Notes under the pieces: model-generated
Told to the model about the DNA's origin: nothing
The model's input: the letters and a program-made list of their open reading frames with translations, nothing else
Database searches by the model: none
Shown: positions 48,033-60,500 of the stretch, in pieces
Layout of the letters: each line of letters opens with the position of its first letter
Position numbering within the stretch: position 1 is the stretch's first letter
Translations under genes and position numbers: made by a program
Assembly (NCBI RefSeq): GCF_018977255.1
Contig: NW_024704742.1
Location: 56,546,001 to 56,610,000, forward strand
Direction: 5' to 3'
Length of the DNA stretch: 64,000 bases
DNA from: Callorhinchus milii
Lineage: Eukaryota

Positions 48033-48671
48033 TGACCATCACGCGGCTGAAACACTGGTCCACGCCTTTATCACCTCAAGGCTGGACTATGGGAACTCTC
48101 TCCTCGCCGGCCTTCCCGGCACCTCCCTCCACAGGCTGCAGGTCATTCAGAACTCTGCAGCTCGTGTACTGTCCCGCACCAGGACCACATCACTCCCACC
48201 CTCGCTCGCCTCCACTGGCTCCCCATCCCCCAGAGGATCGAATTCAAGATCCTCATCCTTACCTACAAGGCCATTCACGGTCTTGTTCCCTCCTACCTCT
48301 CTGACTTACTATCCCCCTACCTACCTGCCCGTACCCTCCATTCCTCTGGCTCCGGTCTGCTCCACATCCCCCGCCCCAACCGCCCTACCATCGGTGGCCG
48401 GGCCTTCAGCCTCTCAGCCCCGAGGCTCTGGAACTCCATCCCCCAGTGCCTTCGCCGCCTCCTCCCTTTCCTCCTTCAAAGCCGGTCTCAAGACCTTTCT
48501 CTTCGACCGTGCCTTCAGCTCCCCTCTCGACTCCCTACCCCCTCCTCGCTCCCTCCCTTCCCTCCCCTCACCCTGACCAGTTCCCCCCTGCTCGGGTCCC
48601 GACCCAACTGTCCAACGCCTTGGGACATCCTCCCGATGTGAAAGGCGCTCTATCAATGAAATCTTGTTGTT
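47821..48671 (+). mobile_element. L2 3' fragment (48035-48671) with its first 87 bp duplicated at 47821-47907
   Basis: HAAETLVHAFIT.RLDYGNSLLAGLP is encoded twice; 4 mismatches in 87 bp. Confidence 0.9.
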
Positions 48672-49786
48672 TCATAAATAAGATCAACAAAATGAACGAT
48701 GATTTGCTCCTGTAATGCCTCAGTAAGTTTATCCAGAGTGTAGTTGAACCATACAGTTTGACAAGGTCCCAGGTTAGTTCCTTGATATGTAATGTTTTAG
48801 TTGATTTTAGGTAGGGCAAGGGAATGGGAGCTACAACTGATCTCAACACTACTGGGTCAGGAGAGACAATATCAGCCAGAGTTCTCATTCTTGATTACTA
48901 TCCAGTGATCCCCCTGTTGTAAGTGTCTGAATGTTTTTTTGGATAAGGATGGTATCAGGCTCAGCTGATGATTAAATAACTTGTTAACTCACTATCAAAG
49001 CTCACATAAACGATTGCCATCTGGCTGACATTGTAGGAGATTGCCAGTCATCTTCACTACCTCGTGGCTGGGTATCGAGGAGAAACAAACCAGAATAACT
49101 ATACACATAACTATACACATCTTTCGCAAATTGTACTTCTCAAGGCTGAAGCTCCAGTCACCCTCCCATGTATCAAGTGTGATGATAATAATAATAGTCT
49201 TGCTTTTAATATAGCACCTCTGACATCAGGAGGATGGCTTATTGCATTTCACAGGATTTATTATGAGATATAGTGGTTGTATTTTATAGTGGAATGATGC
49301 ACTATTATGATTGGGGGGTTGGGGGAGAGAGAATTAAAGTTAAAATCATTTAAGTAGTACGAGATAGGAGAGCGACTTTTCAACTTGTTACTTATGTGTA
49401 CGTCTGATCACTTGATTATCAGAAGGACATTTTTATCATTGAGAAGTTATATAGATAAAAAAAACTAAGATATCTGGAATTTAACTTGTCATGAAAGCGT
49501 AAGGAAATTGGGTTTGTTCCAAGAGATGCAAGATAAAAATCGGGAAGTTGGAAATCAAGCAGAATATTTTTAGCCAAACCATAACGCATTTACGGAATAA
49601 GTTACCATGGAAGGCTGTAGATTGAATAGTATAATGGGTTTAAAAGGCAGTTCAATGCGTTTTTAGAGAAAGAGGGGGGAAAGAAACAGTGAACAAGCCA
49701 ATCCCATTTTAATGTGCACTGATTTAGTGCAGGTCGGCTTATTGTCTGATTGGACCTGTGGTATATTAGAAGTACATTTCCAGTTT

Positions 49787-50681
49787 CCAAGTCCTGGATG
49801 AGAACTAACTTTCTTCAGTTGAACGTCAACAAGACCGAGGCTCTCCTGATTGGCTCCCGTCAGCGCCTCCTCACCTCAGGCGCTGACAGTATCATCATCC
49901 ATGGTTGCACACTCCACCTTACTAAGCCAGTCCAGAACTTTGGGGACTTGTTCAACCCTCCACTATCTTTTCTATCCCACATCTGCGCCATGACTCACTC
50001 TGCCTTCCCCCACCTCCGTAACGTCACCCAGCTCTGACACTGTCTCACACCTCAGGCCCCCGAAACCCTCATACACGCCTTCATTACTTCTTGGCTCGAT
50101 TATGCAAACTCACAGCTTGGCCTCCCCAACAACTCCCTTCACAGGCTGCAGATCATCCAGAACTCTGCAGCCCATGTCCTCTCCCACACTAGGCTCTGTG
50201 ACCCTAGCACCCCTATCCTTGCCCAACTCCACTGGCTTCCCATCACACAGAGGATACAGTTCAAGATCCTGGTTCTCACCTTCAAAGCCCTCCATGGTCT
50301 TGCTCCCCCCTACCTCTCCGACTTCCTAATCCCCTACCATCCTGTCCGCTCCCTCCACTCAGCGGGCTCTGGCCTGCTTCACGTACCCCGCCTTGCTCAC
50401 CCCACTATTGGCGGGCGAGCCTTCCACCACTCTGCACCCACCCTCTGGAGCTCCATCCCGCAGTCCCTCCGTCTCGTCCCCTCCCTCGCCACCTTCAAGA
50501 TCCACCTCAAGACCCTCCTCTTCGATCGTGCTTTCCCTGCGATCCCTGCTTCCCCTTCTTACCTCCACCCTCCCCCAACCCGACCCTCAGGTCGGGTCTG
50601 AAACTCTGTCTGTCCAGCCCCTTGGGATGTCCTCCCGACATGAAAGGTGCTATACAAATGTAACTTTGTTGTTGTTGTTGT
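49787..50681 (+). mobile_element. 5'-truncated L2 LINE
   Basis: SWMRTNFLQLNVNKTEALLIG...; (TTG)n tail. Confidence 0.92.
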
Positions 50682-52034
50682 AACTGGTCAGCTTTCTGTG
50701 CATAGTGTTCAAGTGCACTATGCACAGGAAGCACTAATGAAGTCGCTTTTAGCACTTTCTTCTATTCCATTATAATCTCCACATTCTTGAGTTCATAGTA
50801 TAATGACATTTCAGGGAATTGTTGAAGGTGTCATCTTCAGATGAATATCAAAGACCCCATGGCTCTATTTAAAAAAGAGAAGGAAGCTTTCCTGTTGTCC
50901 TGGCTGTAAACATCCAGACAACTATATCATTCACTTCATGGCTGTTTGTGGAATATTACTATATGCAAATTGGTTGCCACATTTGCCTACAAAAATACCC
51001 AGTCACTACATTAGACAGCAAGTGCTTGTGAAGTACTTTGTGAATGTTTTGATGCTATAGGCACTATATCAAAGGATTATTATAGTTACACAGCAACAAC
51101 TTCTAATATATATTTCCCTTGTCCAATCATTGATCTGTTGTTGACTAACTGTTTAGGACAAGTTCACACAACATACTTCTGCGTAATACACTCAATATTT
51201 TTAGCAGGGATGAAATAAATACCATATAATTTATTTCTGGTAGGACATTTTGAAATATTCAAAAGGTTACGGCACCAAACATTCAGTGCGCTGATGTGAC
51301 AGTTGGAGACACAGTGGAGGGTCCCATTGATTTACATGCCTTGTGGTCACGCTGTAAATGATACAGTCATAATTCAGCCAAAAGAAGCATCACAAGTGGC
51401 CCTTAGTGTAGTAATACTTTCCTTTTAAGCTATTGCTACTATATGATAAGACTTATAAGTTGCATTATATTACAGATCTTCTACGTCACATTTAATTGAG
51501 GACACTTCAAATAGTATGACATTTACTAAATGAATTATTTTAGAAACTATTTGGAATCTGTAAAGTGTTGTATCAAAACTCAATCGTGTCTTAACCCAAC
51601 TTTCCCGTCAGGACTGCAAAACATTGGGACAGAGCCAGAAGAATCAGAATAGGACTGTCAATTAGTTAGGAATATTTCTCTGGTTACACAGTGGGGTAAC
51701 TTTGGCACAAGTGTAAAAGCAGCTTCAAACAGAAATAATTGAAAATTTCTTTTCATCATGTTGTACTATACTTAACTGGCCATGCATGGCCATTAGAGAC
51801 TGATGAGCACTGTTTCCAAACCAGTCCAACTATTGCTTGCATTTACCTTCCCAGGAAAGTAGTGCTAATCAGAGTTGGCCATGTGTTTTTTTAGGAATTT
51901 CTCATGGCTTATGCACCTTCATCTGACAAGCTTAATTTCAGTCATGTGGTCAATTGACAACTCAACAAAACCATCAGGTAGAAATGCAATTAAGTGGTGA
52001 GGATGCTGTACTTCAAATAAGACATCAAACAGAA

Positions 52035-52412
52035 AGTCCTGTAGCGTGTTGGTTAGAGCACTTGCCTTGCAAGCAAGAGACCTGGGTTTGATTCCTAGCA
52101 GGGCGAAAAGTTGGGCAAGTTTCCTTACTCCACACACTTCTATTTACTTAGCAGTAAGTAAGAACCCAGTTGTTGGTCGATTGGAAGATCTTCCAGGTGT
52201 AATAAATCTCTTCAAAACAAAAATAAATTTTAAAAATAATTTGGTCACTCAATTGTTTATTGTGTGACTACTATGCGCAATTGGCTGTCATGTTTCGCCC
52301 CACAAAATATACAAAATATACAGTCAATTCACTTTACAGTATATTCTGTGAAGTGCTTTAAGACGTCTCGAACAAATGATAAGGCACCAAATCAAATGCA
52401 AAGATTATTATT
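52035..52412 (+). mobile_element. tRNA(Ala)-derived SINE, long variant, followed by a DeuSINE remnant to about 52640
   Basis: Head, core and tail present. Confidence 0.88.
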
Positions 52413-53974
52413 CTTGTACAGGTTCTGTCTGCCTTTCAGGTAGATACAAAGATCCTGTGGCACTATTCAAAACGAGAAGGGAGTTTCTCTCAAAATCGTG
52501 GCTAACAGTCTCCCAGATAAATTTGTCATGCACATCATGGCTGCTGCATTTGTCTTCAAATGCCTCATCCCTATACTTGACATTAACTATTTGTGGAGCG
52601 CTATGAGATATTTTGATTACAGGAGCACCATATCAAATGCAATATTTCTTATTTACATTGTAAAACACGAAAAGTGTTGTCCGTTGGCTACCTAACTTTA
52701 TCTTGTTCATTTCTTGGGACAGTGAAGGATTCTTAAGTGTAAGAATCCTACTTATTTCCCAAACCATTGTGAAAGGCGCTATTCAAATCTAATCTTGTTG
52801 TTCAGTGTATTTGTGAATAACATGCTGTGTCAGATGTAGCCAGGCAGTTTGGGTTTTCCAGCCTCAACTTTAAGATACATTCATCACCTAAAGATATTTG
52901 AGTCATGAATTTGTCAAACAAGATAGCATGGACTTGTGGGATTATACTCATCCTTATAATTTTGTTGCCAATTCATAGATTATATCATAATTTAATATGA
53001 ATATTAAAACTAAGGTATTATAACTACAGGCGGTATGGTAGAAATGTTTATCAATCTATTTGGATACAAAGTAGAGTTCTCCATTATTTTGTATAGGATA
53101 ACAATTTTAACAATGGAAAAAATCTTACGTAGCCTGCAGCAAAGAGGCGGCATCTCCAGGAAAGGTAAAGAGGGCAACGGAGCAAATTGACACAAAAAGA
53201 AAAAAAAGTTTCTCCCCATGTACTGGGCATCAATCCTTCTGATTAAAAATTGGTCGTTCACTTCATGGCTTGTTGTGGGACATTGCTGTGTGCAAATTGA
53301 CTGCCACATTTACCTACAATAACACAATCACTCCACTTTACAACAAATCCGATGAAGCACTTTGAGACATTGCATCCATTTGCTAACGTGCTACATCAAA
53401 TGCAAGGATTATTATCATTATGATTGTTGTTACCATTCTATGAAAACTTAATTTGTTTTTGCAAGAAGAAAAGATTTGGAACAAATATAATCTATGTCTT
53501 TAAAATGCTGAAGGGAATAAATTATACAGATATATCCAAATCAAGGTGTGATCACAGAATAATAAAGAATGAGTTTAAAATTGCCAACCTTTAAATGACT
53601 TAGAAATTAGTAAGATTTCTCCCTGCACTAAAGTACACAGATATGACTCTATGAAGCTGTGACTATTAACGTCTTAAAAAAAGGTGAATGCATATCTATT
53701 TAAGAATGATTAAAGAAGATTATAAAGATGAGCATAGGTATAAAAGATTGAAAACTCTGTGGAACATGATGGAACCAGTCTTGTTGAACCCGTGAAAACG
53801 TCACTCAGAGAATGCAGTGTGTCACCATTAAATAATATGACTTATATAAAATTGATATTCTGAGATATTTCAATGATAAAATAAACGTAATAAAAATGGC
53901 TGGCTGGCAGGTGCATTACTATAGGCATACGTGTGTTCAGCTAACCTCATAATAAAGTTAGTAACACTTGAATT

Positions 53975-54390
53975 AGTAGCACTTTCACTTCTGAGTCAGA
54001 AGGTCATGGGTTCCTGCCCCATATCAGCACTTTGTACTTGTGTTGTCTAGTCTGACACTCCAATGCAGTGTTGGAAATGTGCTGTATTCTCAGATGTGTG
54101 GTCCTTTGGATGAAATCTTAAAGCAAGCTCTTATCTGCCTATTCAAATGGATGTTAAAGATCCATGACACTATTTGAAAAAAGAAGGGCGTTTATCTCGG
54201 TGTACTGGCCAATACTCCCCCACATAAAATTAGTCATCTAATCCAGTTGGCCATAGCTATTTGTGCAACATTGCTGTGTGCAAATTATTTGCTTGCAAAA
54301 TACAGTGACTATAACTCACACTTCTTTGAAATGTTTTCAGATGTCCTCTTGACGTGAAAGATGCTATGTCAAATGCAAGGATTATTAGTA
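53975..54390 (+). mobile_element. Deu-domain SINE
   Basis: ctgagtcagaaggtcatgggttc...ttggatgaaatcttaaag...ggatgttaaagatccatgacactatttg, then tail. Confidence 0.78.
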
Positions 54391-57300
54391 TATTAATGGT
54401 GGCTAATATGTGATCATTTCCTTCATTACACAAGTCAAGCCAACCAATCCTGCTCTGAAACTAGATTGTCTGACATGACATACTTCTGATTTCCCTATTC
54501 AGGAGAACCCTAGAAATCTCTGCAAATAAGGCAGTAGGACAGTTGGATCATTTGATGGCTTCAATTCTTCAAATCTCTCCTCCTAACTAATATTTGTCAT
54601 CTGGTGAATCTCCTCTGTATCCTCCTCATTGCCTTTGACATCCTTCCTAAAGTGGGGTGCCCAAAACTGGATACAAACCCCTAACTATAATATAATAATA
54701 ATATTCCTTGCATTTGATATAGCACCTTTCACGTCTTCTCTACGTCCCAAAGCGCTTCACAGAATAAACTGTATAACTCTGGCCCATTGATTCAGGTTGA
54801 GAATTACCTCTGCTTTAATTCTCTATTGCCCTATTTATAAAACGTGTTTTAACATTATTGCAGTTTTGATAGATATCTTTCATATTTTCACTGTTAATAT
54901 TTATAAACCTTGTGCAAAATAATTTTGCTGGAGCAAATAACATTTCAATAAATGAGGAGTCCAGCCAGGGTCACTGAAAACCACTCTACTGAAATGTCAC
55001 ATTAAAGTACAGTATGTGTTTTCAAGTGTTTTTATAGCCCTTCCATTTTAAGTGTAAGACAAGTATAATGCTTTGCTGGCAGTATATTAAAGGGAATGTA
55101 AATCTGAATACAGAAGTTGGTTCTGTGATGTAATGTAAAGACAGCACTCGATGTATTTATTTCCGCCTTCACAGTACTTGTGTGAGGCTGCCTTCCGCAC
55201 TCTGAAATTACATCTGGTTGAAGATTTACTCTTTTTGTATATCATTTCAGAATGTCTAGTGTTCTTAATTACAGTTTCAATTTTGTTGATGGCTTAATGC
55301 AGGCTCTTTGAAGAGCTAATAAAATACAGCTTCAAAGTCTAGAATGTATTCAAGAATTTGCAAAAATCTGAAATGCTGCTTAGATAAAATAAATCTAGAT
55401 TCTGGTGGACTTTCTCCCCATGAATGGTATATGTCTGGTTTGTGGGAAGAGACCAACAGAAGAAATTCTCATTTTTGGGCACAAACACCTCCAATTATGT
55501 GGTTTTTTTTTTACCTTTTTCTGCTAGATCTTTGTCATGGGAACAGAATACCTTCTGGTTCAGCCCATTTATTCCAGCTTATCACTCATCACTCATGTGT
55601 TATGTAACTATAGAATTGTTCAGCACCAAATAACAGCCTGTGCCCTGCTTTTAAGATCCGTTTAATTCAAGATGTTACAGACTTTATACAAGAGCCATGT
55701 GTCTGCAGTAACACCAATCGGGTTTAATTTACAGCAGGAAATCAAATTTAATGGATGTCAGAGGTCTGAAAATCCACTTAGTGTTAGCCTGGAGGATAAT
55801 TGTACCTTAAATTTTTTAAATTGCTTAAAGTGTTGTGGAAATTTCTTAAATTCAGTTTCAATTTGGAAGGTGGTTCATCTTTATACAAAAAATAATCTGT
55901 GAAAAAATGGCTTCCAGACAGAGGCAGAGCTTTCCACAATTCTATGAGAATTTTGTTTTTAAGACAAATTTATTCTTACAAGTTAGGGTTTGCTGGAATT
56001 TGGGACCTCTGAAATCAAACAAACAGCAAACAAGCCTAATAAACAAGCCAGAGGATTAATAATTGGCAAAATACAGAACCTTAAACACAGAGAAGTGTTT
56101 AATTAAAGGAACAACTTTGCCACTTGAGGATTATTCCCCTTGAAACTAGAACTGAAAGCAATAAATAAGTTTCACACAACACATCCCTCCAAGGAACTGT
56201 CTAATAATTTACTCCAGTCAGGCAACAAACTGATTGACACAACAAAGAAATTCCATAGAGTAGCTGTGATGTGGTTCACTGGATATAGCCTGAGGCCCAG
56301 GAAACGTGAGAAAAGGTAATATAGCATCTATATTTACCAAAAATCAAATGCAATGAATTCAATGCATGATTAGATCTGTAAAATCTGCTATCTATTTGAC
56401 CTGCTGTTAATACTTGAAACATTGTAGGAATACAGTGGGAATTATATAAAACAAATCCTTGTTCGCTTGCATGTTTACTCCCTTGTATCAAGAACATCTC
56501 CCGTGCTGGTAGTGATGTGCCTTGCTAGCTGTTCCCCGAGATGAAGGAGCAGCTCACTGTTGCATAGACATTTGTAAAGATAGAGGGTCAGTATACAAAT
56601 TATGGCAAGTCAGAAAGATATCCATGAGATAAGCAATACAAGGGGTCATCAATAGATCTCAAATAGTAGAAGAGAAGCCATGGATGGAAAAAGGCCATTT
56701 GGCTCACCAAAGCTTATATGGTGTCATGAATATTTTGAATGATGGCAATATTTTTACTTCCTTAACCTTGGTTTGTTGTAGATTATGCCAAACATATCAT
56801 CAGTCTTTTATGAATCTATCTCTTCTAACTTGAATTTTCTACTTAAGTTAATTTGTTTTATTTGCTGGACTTTTGCAAATCTGCCTCTACTGCCCAATGT
56901 TGCAACAGAAGTCAGATATGCAGTCACTACACTTTACAGCAAATCAGGTGAAGCACTTTGAGATGTTTTGACAAAGTGACAAGGCGCTATGTCAAATGCA
57001 AGGATGATTATTACTGGGGTATTACAATTAGGTTTCAAAGGGATCTAGATAAATATATAAAAATGAATAAACTACACTATGGGTAAGTGCAGGTGAATGG
57101 ATTGTTCTTAAAAACGCCAGCTCAGACATAAAGGATCAAATGGCCTTGTGTGCTATCAAGTTCTTTGGTTCTATGGAAAAATGTATCTATTATTTGAAAT
57201 GCAGAACATCCAACAGGAGATCGGTCATGTTATTTGACAAAGAGAATTCAGGATTTTTTTAAAATTTTCAACAAAAATGAAAACAGTCAAGTAAAAATCT

Positions 57301-57619
57301 TCAAAATAATGAGAATTGACATGGTTTATCACATTATGCTGCAGATGCTGAGCTCCTGTGTGTACTGTTTCTACTTTAATTGAGTCTCATGGGAAGGCAG
57401 TAGAAATCTCAGCACATTGTTTTGCTGCAAGGTTTCAATGTGACATACTGTTGCTGAGGGGAAAATATGCTATTTATTTTCTTCCGTTCTACAAGTTTTG
57501 CAAACTTGCTCCTGCGCACTTATAGATGACTCTTCTGCAATTTTAAAAGTATAATTTCATTTTAAATCTTTAATGTCATATGTTGAATGATCCCGATGTT
57601 TTAAAAATACATTACATGT

Positions 57620-58045
57620 ATAATAATCTTTGCATTTGGTATAGCATCTTTCACGTCAGGAGGTTGTTTTGTAGTGTTTCACACGATTTACTGTGAAATG
57701 CAGTGACTATATTTGTAGGCAGATGTGGCAGCCCAAATTGCACACAGCAGTATTCCATCAACATCCATGAAATGAATGCACAATTTTATTTTGGGAATTG
57801 TTGGTCTGAACACTGGGAGAAAATCCCTTCTCTTTGAAAAGTGCTGCAGAATCCTAAATGTTTCTTTGAACAGACAGACTGGAAATTTAGTTTAATATTT
57901 CATTCAAAGGAGATGACAACTCCAATAATACGATACACCCCAGTACTGCATTGGAGTATCAGCCTAGACTTTGTGAGTTCATATTCCCATTTTGGGCTTG
58001 AAACCATAACCATCAGAAGCACGATTCCTACCAACTGAGTCAGAC
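57620..58045 (-). mobile_element. Deu-domain SINE
   Basis: Reverse complement of DeuSINE tail and head (taccaactgagtcagactga). Confidence 0.72.
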
Positions 58046-59401
58046 TGATATTAGAGCTATTTGTAAGTGCAACACACTAAGTGTGTAATGGAGCAAAATG
58101 ACGCCTGCCAAAGTATTGCGCACAATACACAGCATAGCATAACCTGAACATTTTTTATCTATTTCATGTCAGCCTATCAGCAGAGGAAAATTCATCTTAA
58201 AATAATTGAAAACAGTAAGAAATGTGTGTGTGTCATTGAAATTTATTATTAATAATAATTATTGCATTTGATTTAGTGCTTTATCACATCGTCGAGACAT
58301 CTCAAAGAAAAAAAATCATACATATATGTCATTATTCTCAGCTATTTCATCCATTCACTTAAGATTTTATTATTTTTTGAGAGAGATGATTTTAGATTAA
58401 GTCCATTTCACAACAAGCAGTAATACTTTTCACTATCCCACAAAATGTATTTGTTCAATGTTCCATTTGCATATATTAGTAACAATTGGAAAAGATGATT
58501 GCACAAAGTCTAGCTGTGCGCTGGCAGAGTGGTGGATTATCACAGGGCTTTGCAAATTTGCTTTGCAACTGTTGCTGGAATAGTGAATAGTTTCAAAGAT
58601 GTGTTTTTTGTTTTAATGTGTCATGCTTCAGCTGATACATTGACAAAAGGTCTATGATCTGCACTTGTGGTGACGTTAATGAGAATGATGCTAGTACTGG
58701 AAGAAATTGCTGTAATTGTATAATTGATGTTTGGGATACATCAAATGCCAGTCTTTACGAGAGCCCAATGTTATATTTGATAATTGGCCCTGACTGATCC
58801 ACGCTATGTATCCAGAGACAAATCACGTTTTGTACTTCATAATGCTGCTGAGTTGCACACTGAGTGGCTTTGAAAGGACAAGTCTATTTAAATTTGTTAA
58901 GGAACCTCAGAAGTATTTACTATTTAAAATTCTATAGTTTCTCTCACAGAAACCAACAATTTCTGTATTAGTTAGAAAGGATTTTTTTTTATATGGAATT
59001 AATATCGTTAAGGTAGTTATGTAGAGATAATTACCTATGCTTCCAGGCTTGAACAAAATTCACTGAGTATCTGATCTAGACATTATACAACAAGAATCAC
59101 AAGTTTTTTTATAGCACTGCAGCAAATGCCTGTTGAAATGATGACGAAAAGTCACAGAATTACAATACAATCTTGCTCCTCACCGTTGTCTTCTTTTCAT
59201 TTAACTGGTCAAGTCTAGTTTTTGTTCTGTGTTGTGCTTCAGATGGAGAAGGTTGTTGCAAAAAACACTAAACTTCATGTAACGTACAGTAAGATTGTGC
59301 ACTGTTTAAGGACTAGGGTCACAGTCAGTTTAATCCTGCAGTGAACCAACTCTCATTGTTTGAAAGAGAATTTAAATAATCTAATGAAACTTAATAGTTA
59401 T

Positions 59402-59730
59402 ATAATAATCTTTGCATTTGATATAGCACCTTATCACATCTTTGAGACATCTCAAAGCTCTTTACAGGATATACTGTAAAGGAAATTGACTGTATATTTT
59501 GCGGTGAAACGCGGCAGCTAATTGTGCATAGCAATGTCCCACAAACAGCCATGGATTGAGTGACAACATTTTTTTTAAGGGATTATTTCTCCCGGAATGC
59601 GATGCGCCTATTGACTAACAATCGTCTTCCTACATACTGCTGGGTAAACAGAGGCATGTGGAATAAGGAAACTTGTCTAAGGTTTCACCCAACCAGGGAA
59701 TCGAACCCAGGTCTCTCATTTGCGGGTTGA
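59402..59730 (-). mobile_element. tRNA(Ala)-derived SINE, long variant
   Basis: gggaatcgaacccaggtctctc (B box, reverse strand), core and tail. Confidence 0.85.
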
Positions 59731-60239
59731 GCGTTACAGAAGTCCACGTAAAGAACATGCCTATGTGAATTAAAAAGACAGGATAAAAAGGTAAAATACT
59801 TTGAGGTCGAATAGTTTCTGCTGACAGCCAGATATCATCCAAAAGAGGTTTTAAAAATCCCTTTGTCAGTTGTGCTTTCCTATAACAGCGATAAATTCCT
59901 AGAACCTAGACACTGGATTCAATTTGTCCAGCTGGATAATGTTTTAGTGCAACTTGATACTGTGTATTATTTGTGTCCCAGATTTCTACACATCAAGTTT
60001 TCGGGTTTATCAACATATTGTTTCCTGTTCTGAGATCACTGTAAAAACACAATTATTGGAGGATACATGAGAGGAAGTTAGGATGAATCAGGGTTGGAAA
60101 TGTTTTTAGTATATTTATGACCTTGATGAGAAAGAATATAACTGGTCCATTTTCTGGTCCTCCCCCAGAGATGTTGATTGAAATCATTGTAGTGCCCCTA
60201 TAATAGTGTTTTTGCTGAGACATAAAGGGATCACAGAGG

Positions 60240-60500
60240 TCCTAGATGCAGAGGATAGCACAGAGGAAGACCCAATGTGAGAGGAATGAACTGTGAGAAG
60301 TTAAGTAGATAAGTTTGTTTCCTCAGCCTTGGAAAAATACATCTCAGTGAGGATCTTCAGAGGTAGATACAATTTTCAATGGGATTAAAAAAGTAAACAC
60401 AAAATAGTACTTTCAGATATGCCAATGTAACAGAACAAGAGGGCATTAGCTTAGCTTGTAATTACAGGAGCAATTTGAGGGCAGATGTAAGAAAAGGTCT
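60240..60500 (+). mobile_element. CR1 fragment, degenerate
   Basis: tttgtttcctcagccttggaaaa...agaacaagagggcattagctt...gggcagatgtaagaaaa. Confidence 0.55.

Noticed and set aside
58480..58900. Possible conserved non-coding element
   Set aside because: The sequence looks unique and repeat-free, but conservation cannot be shown from this sequence alone.
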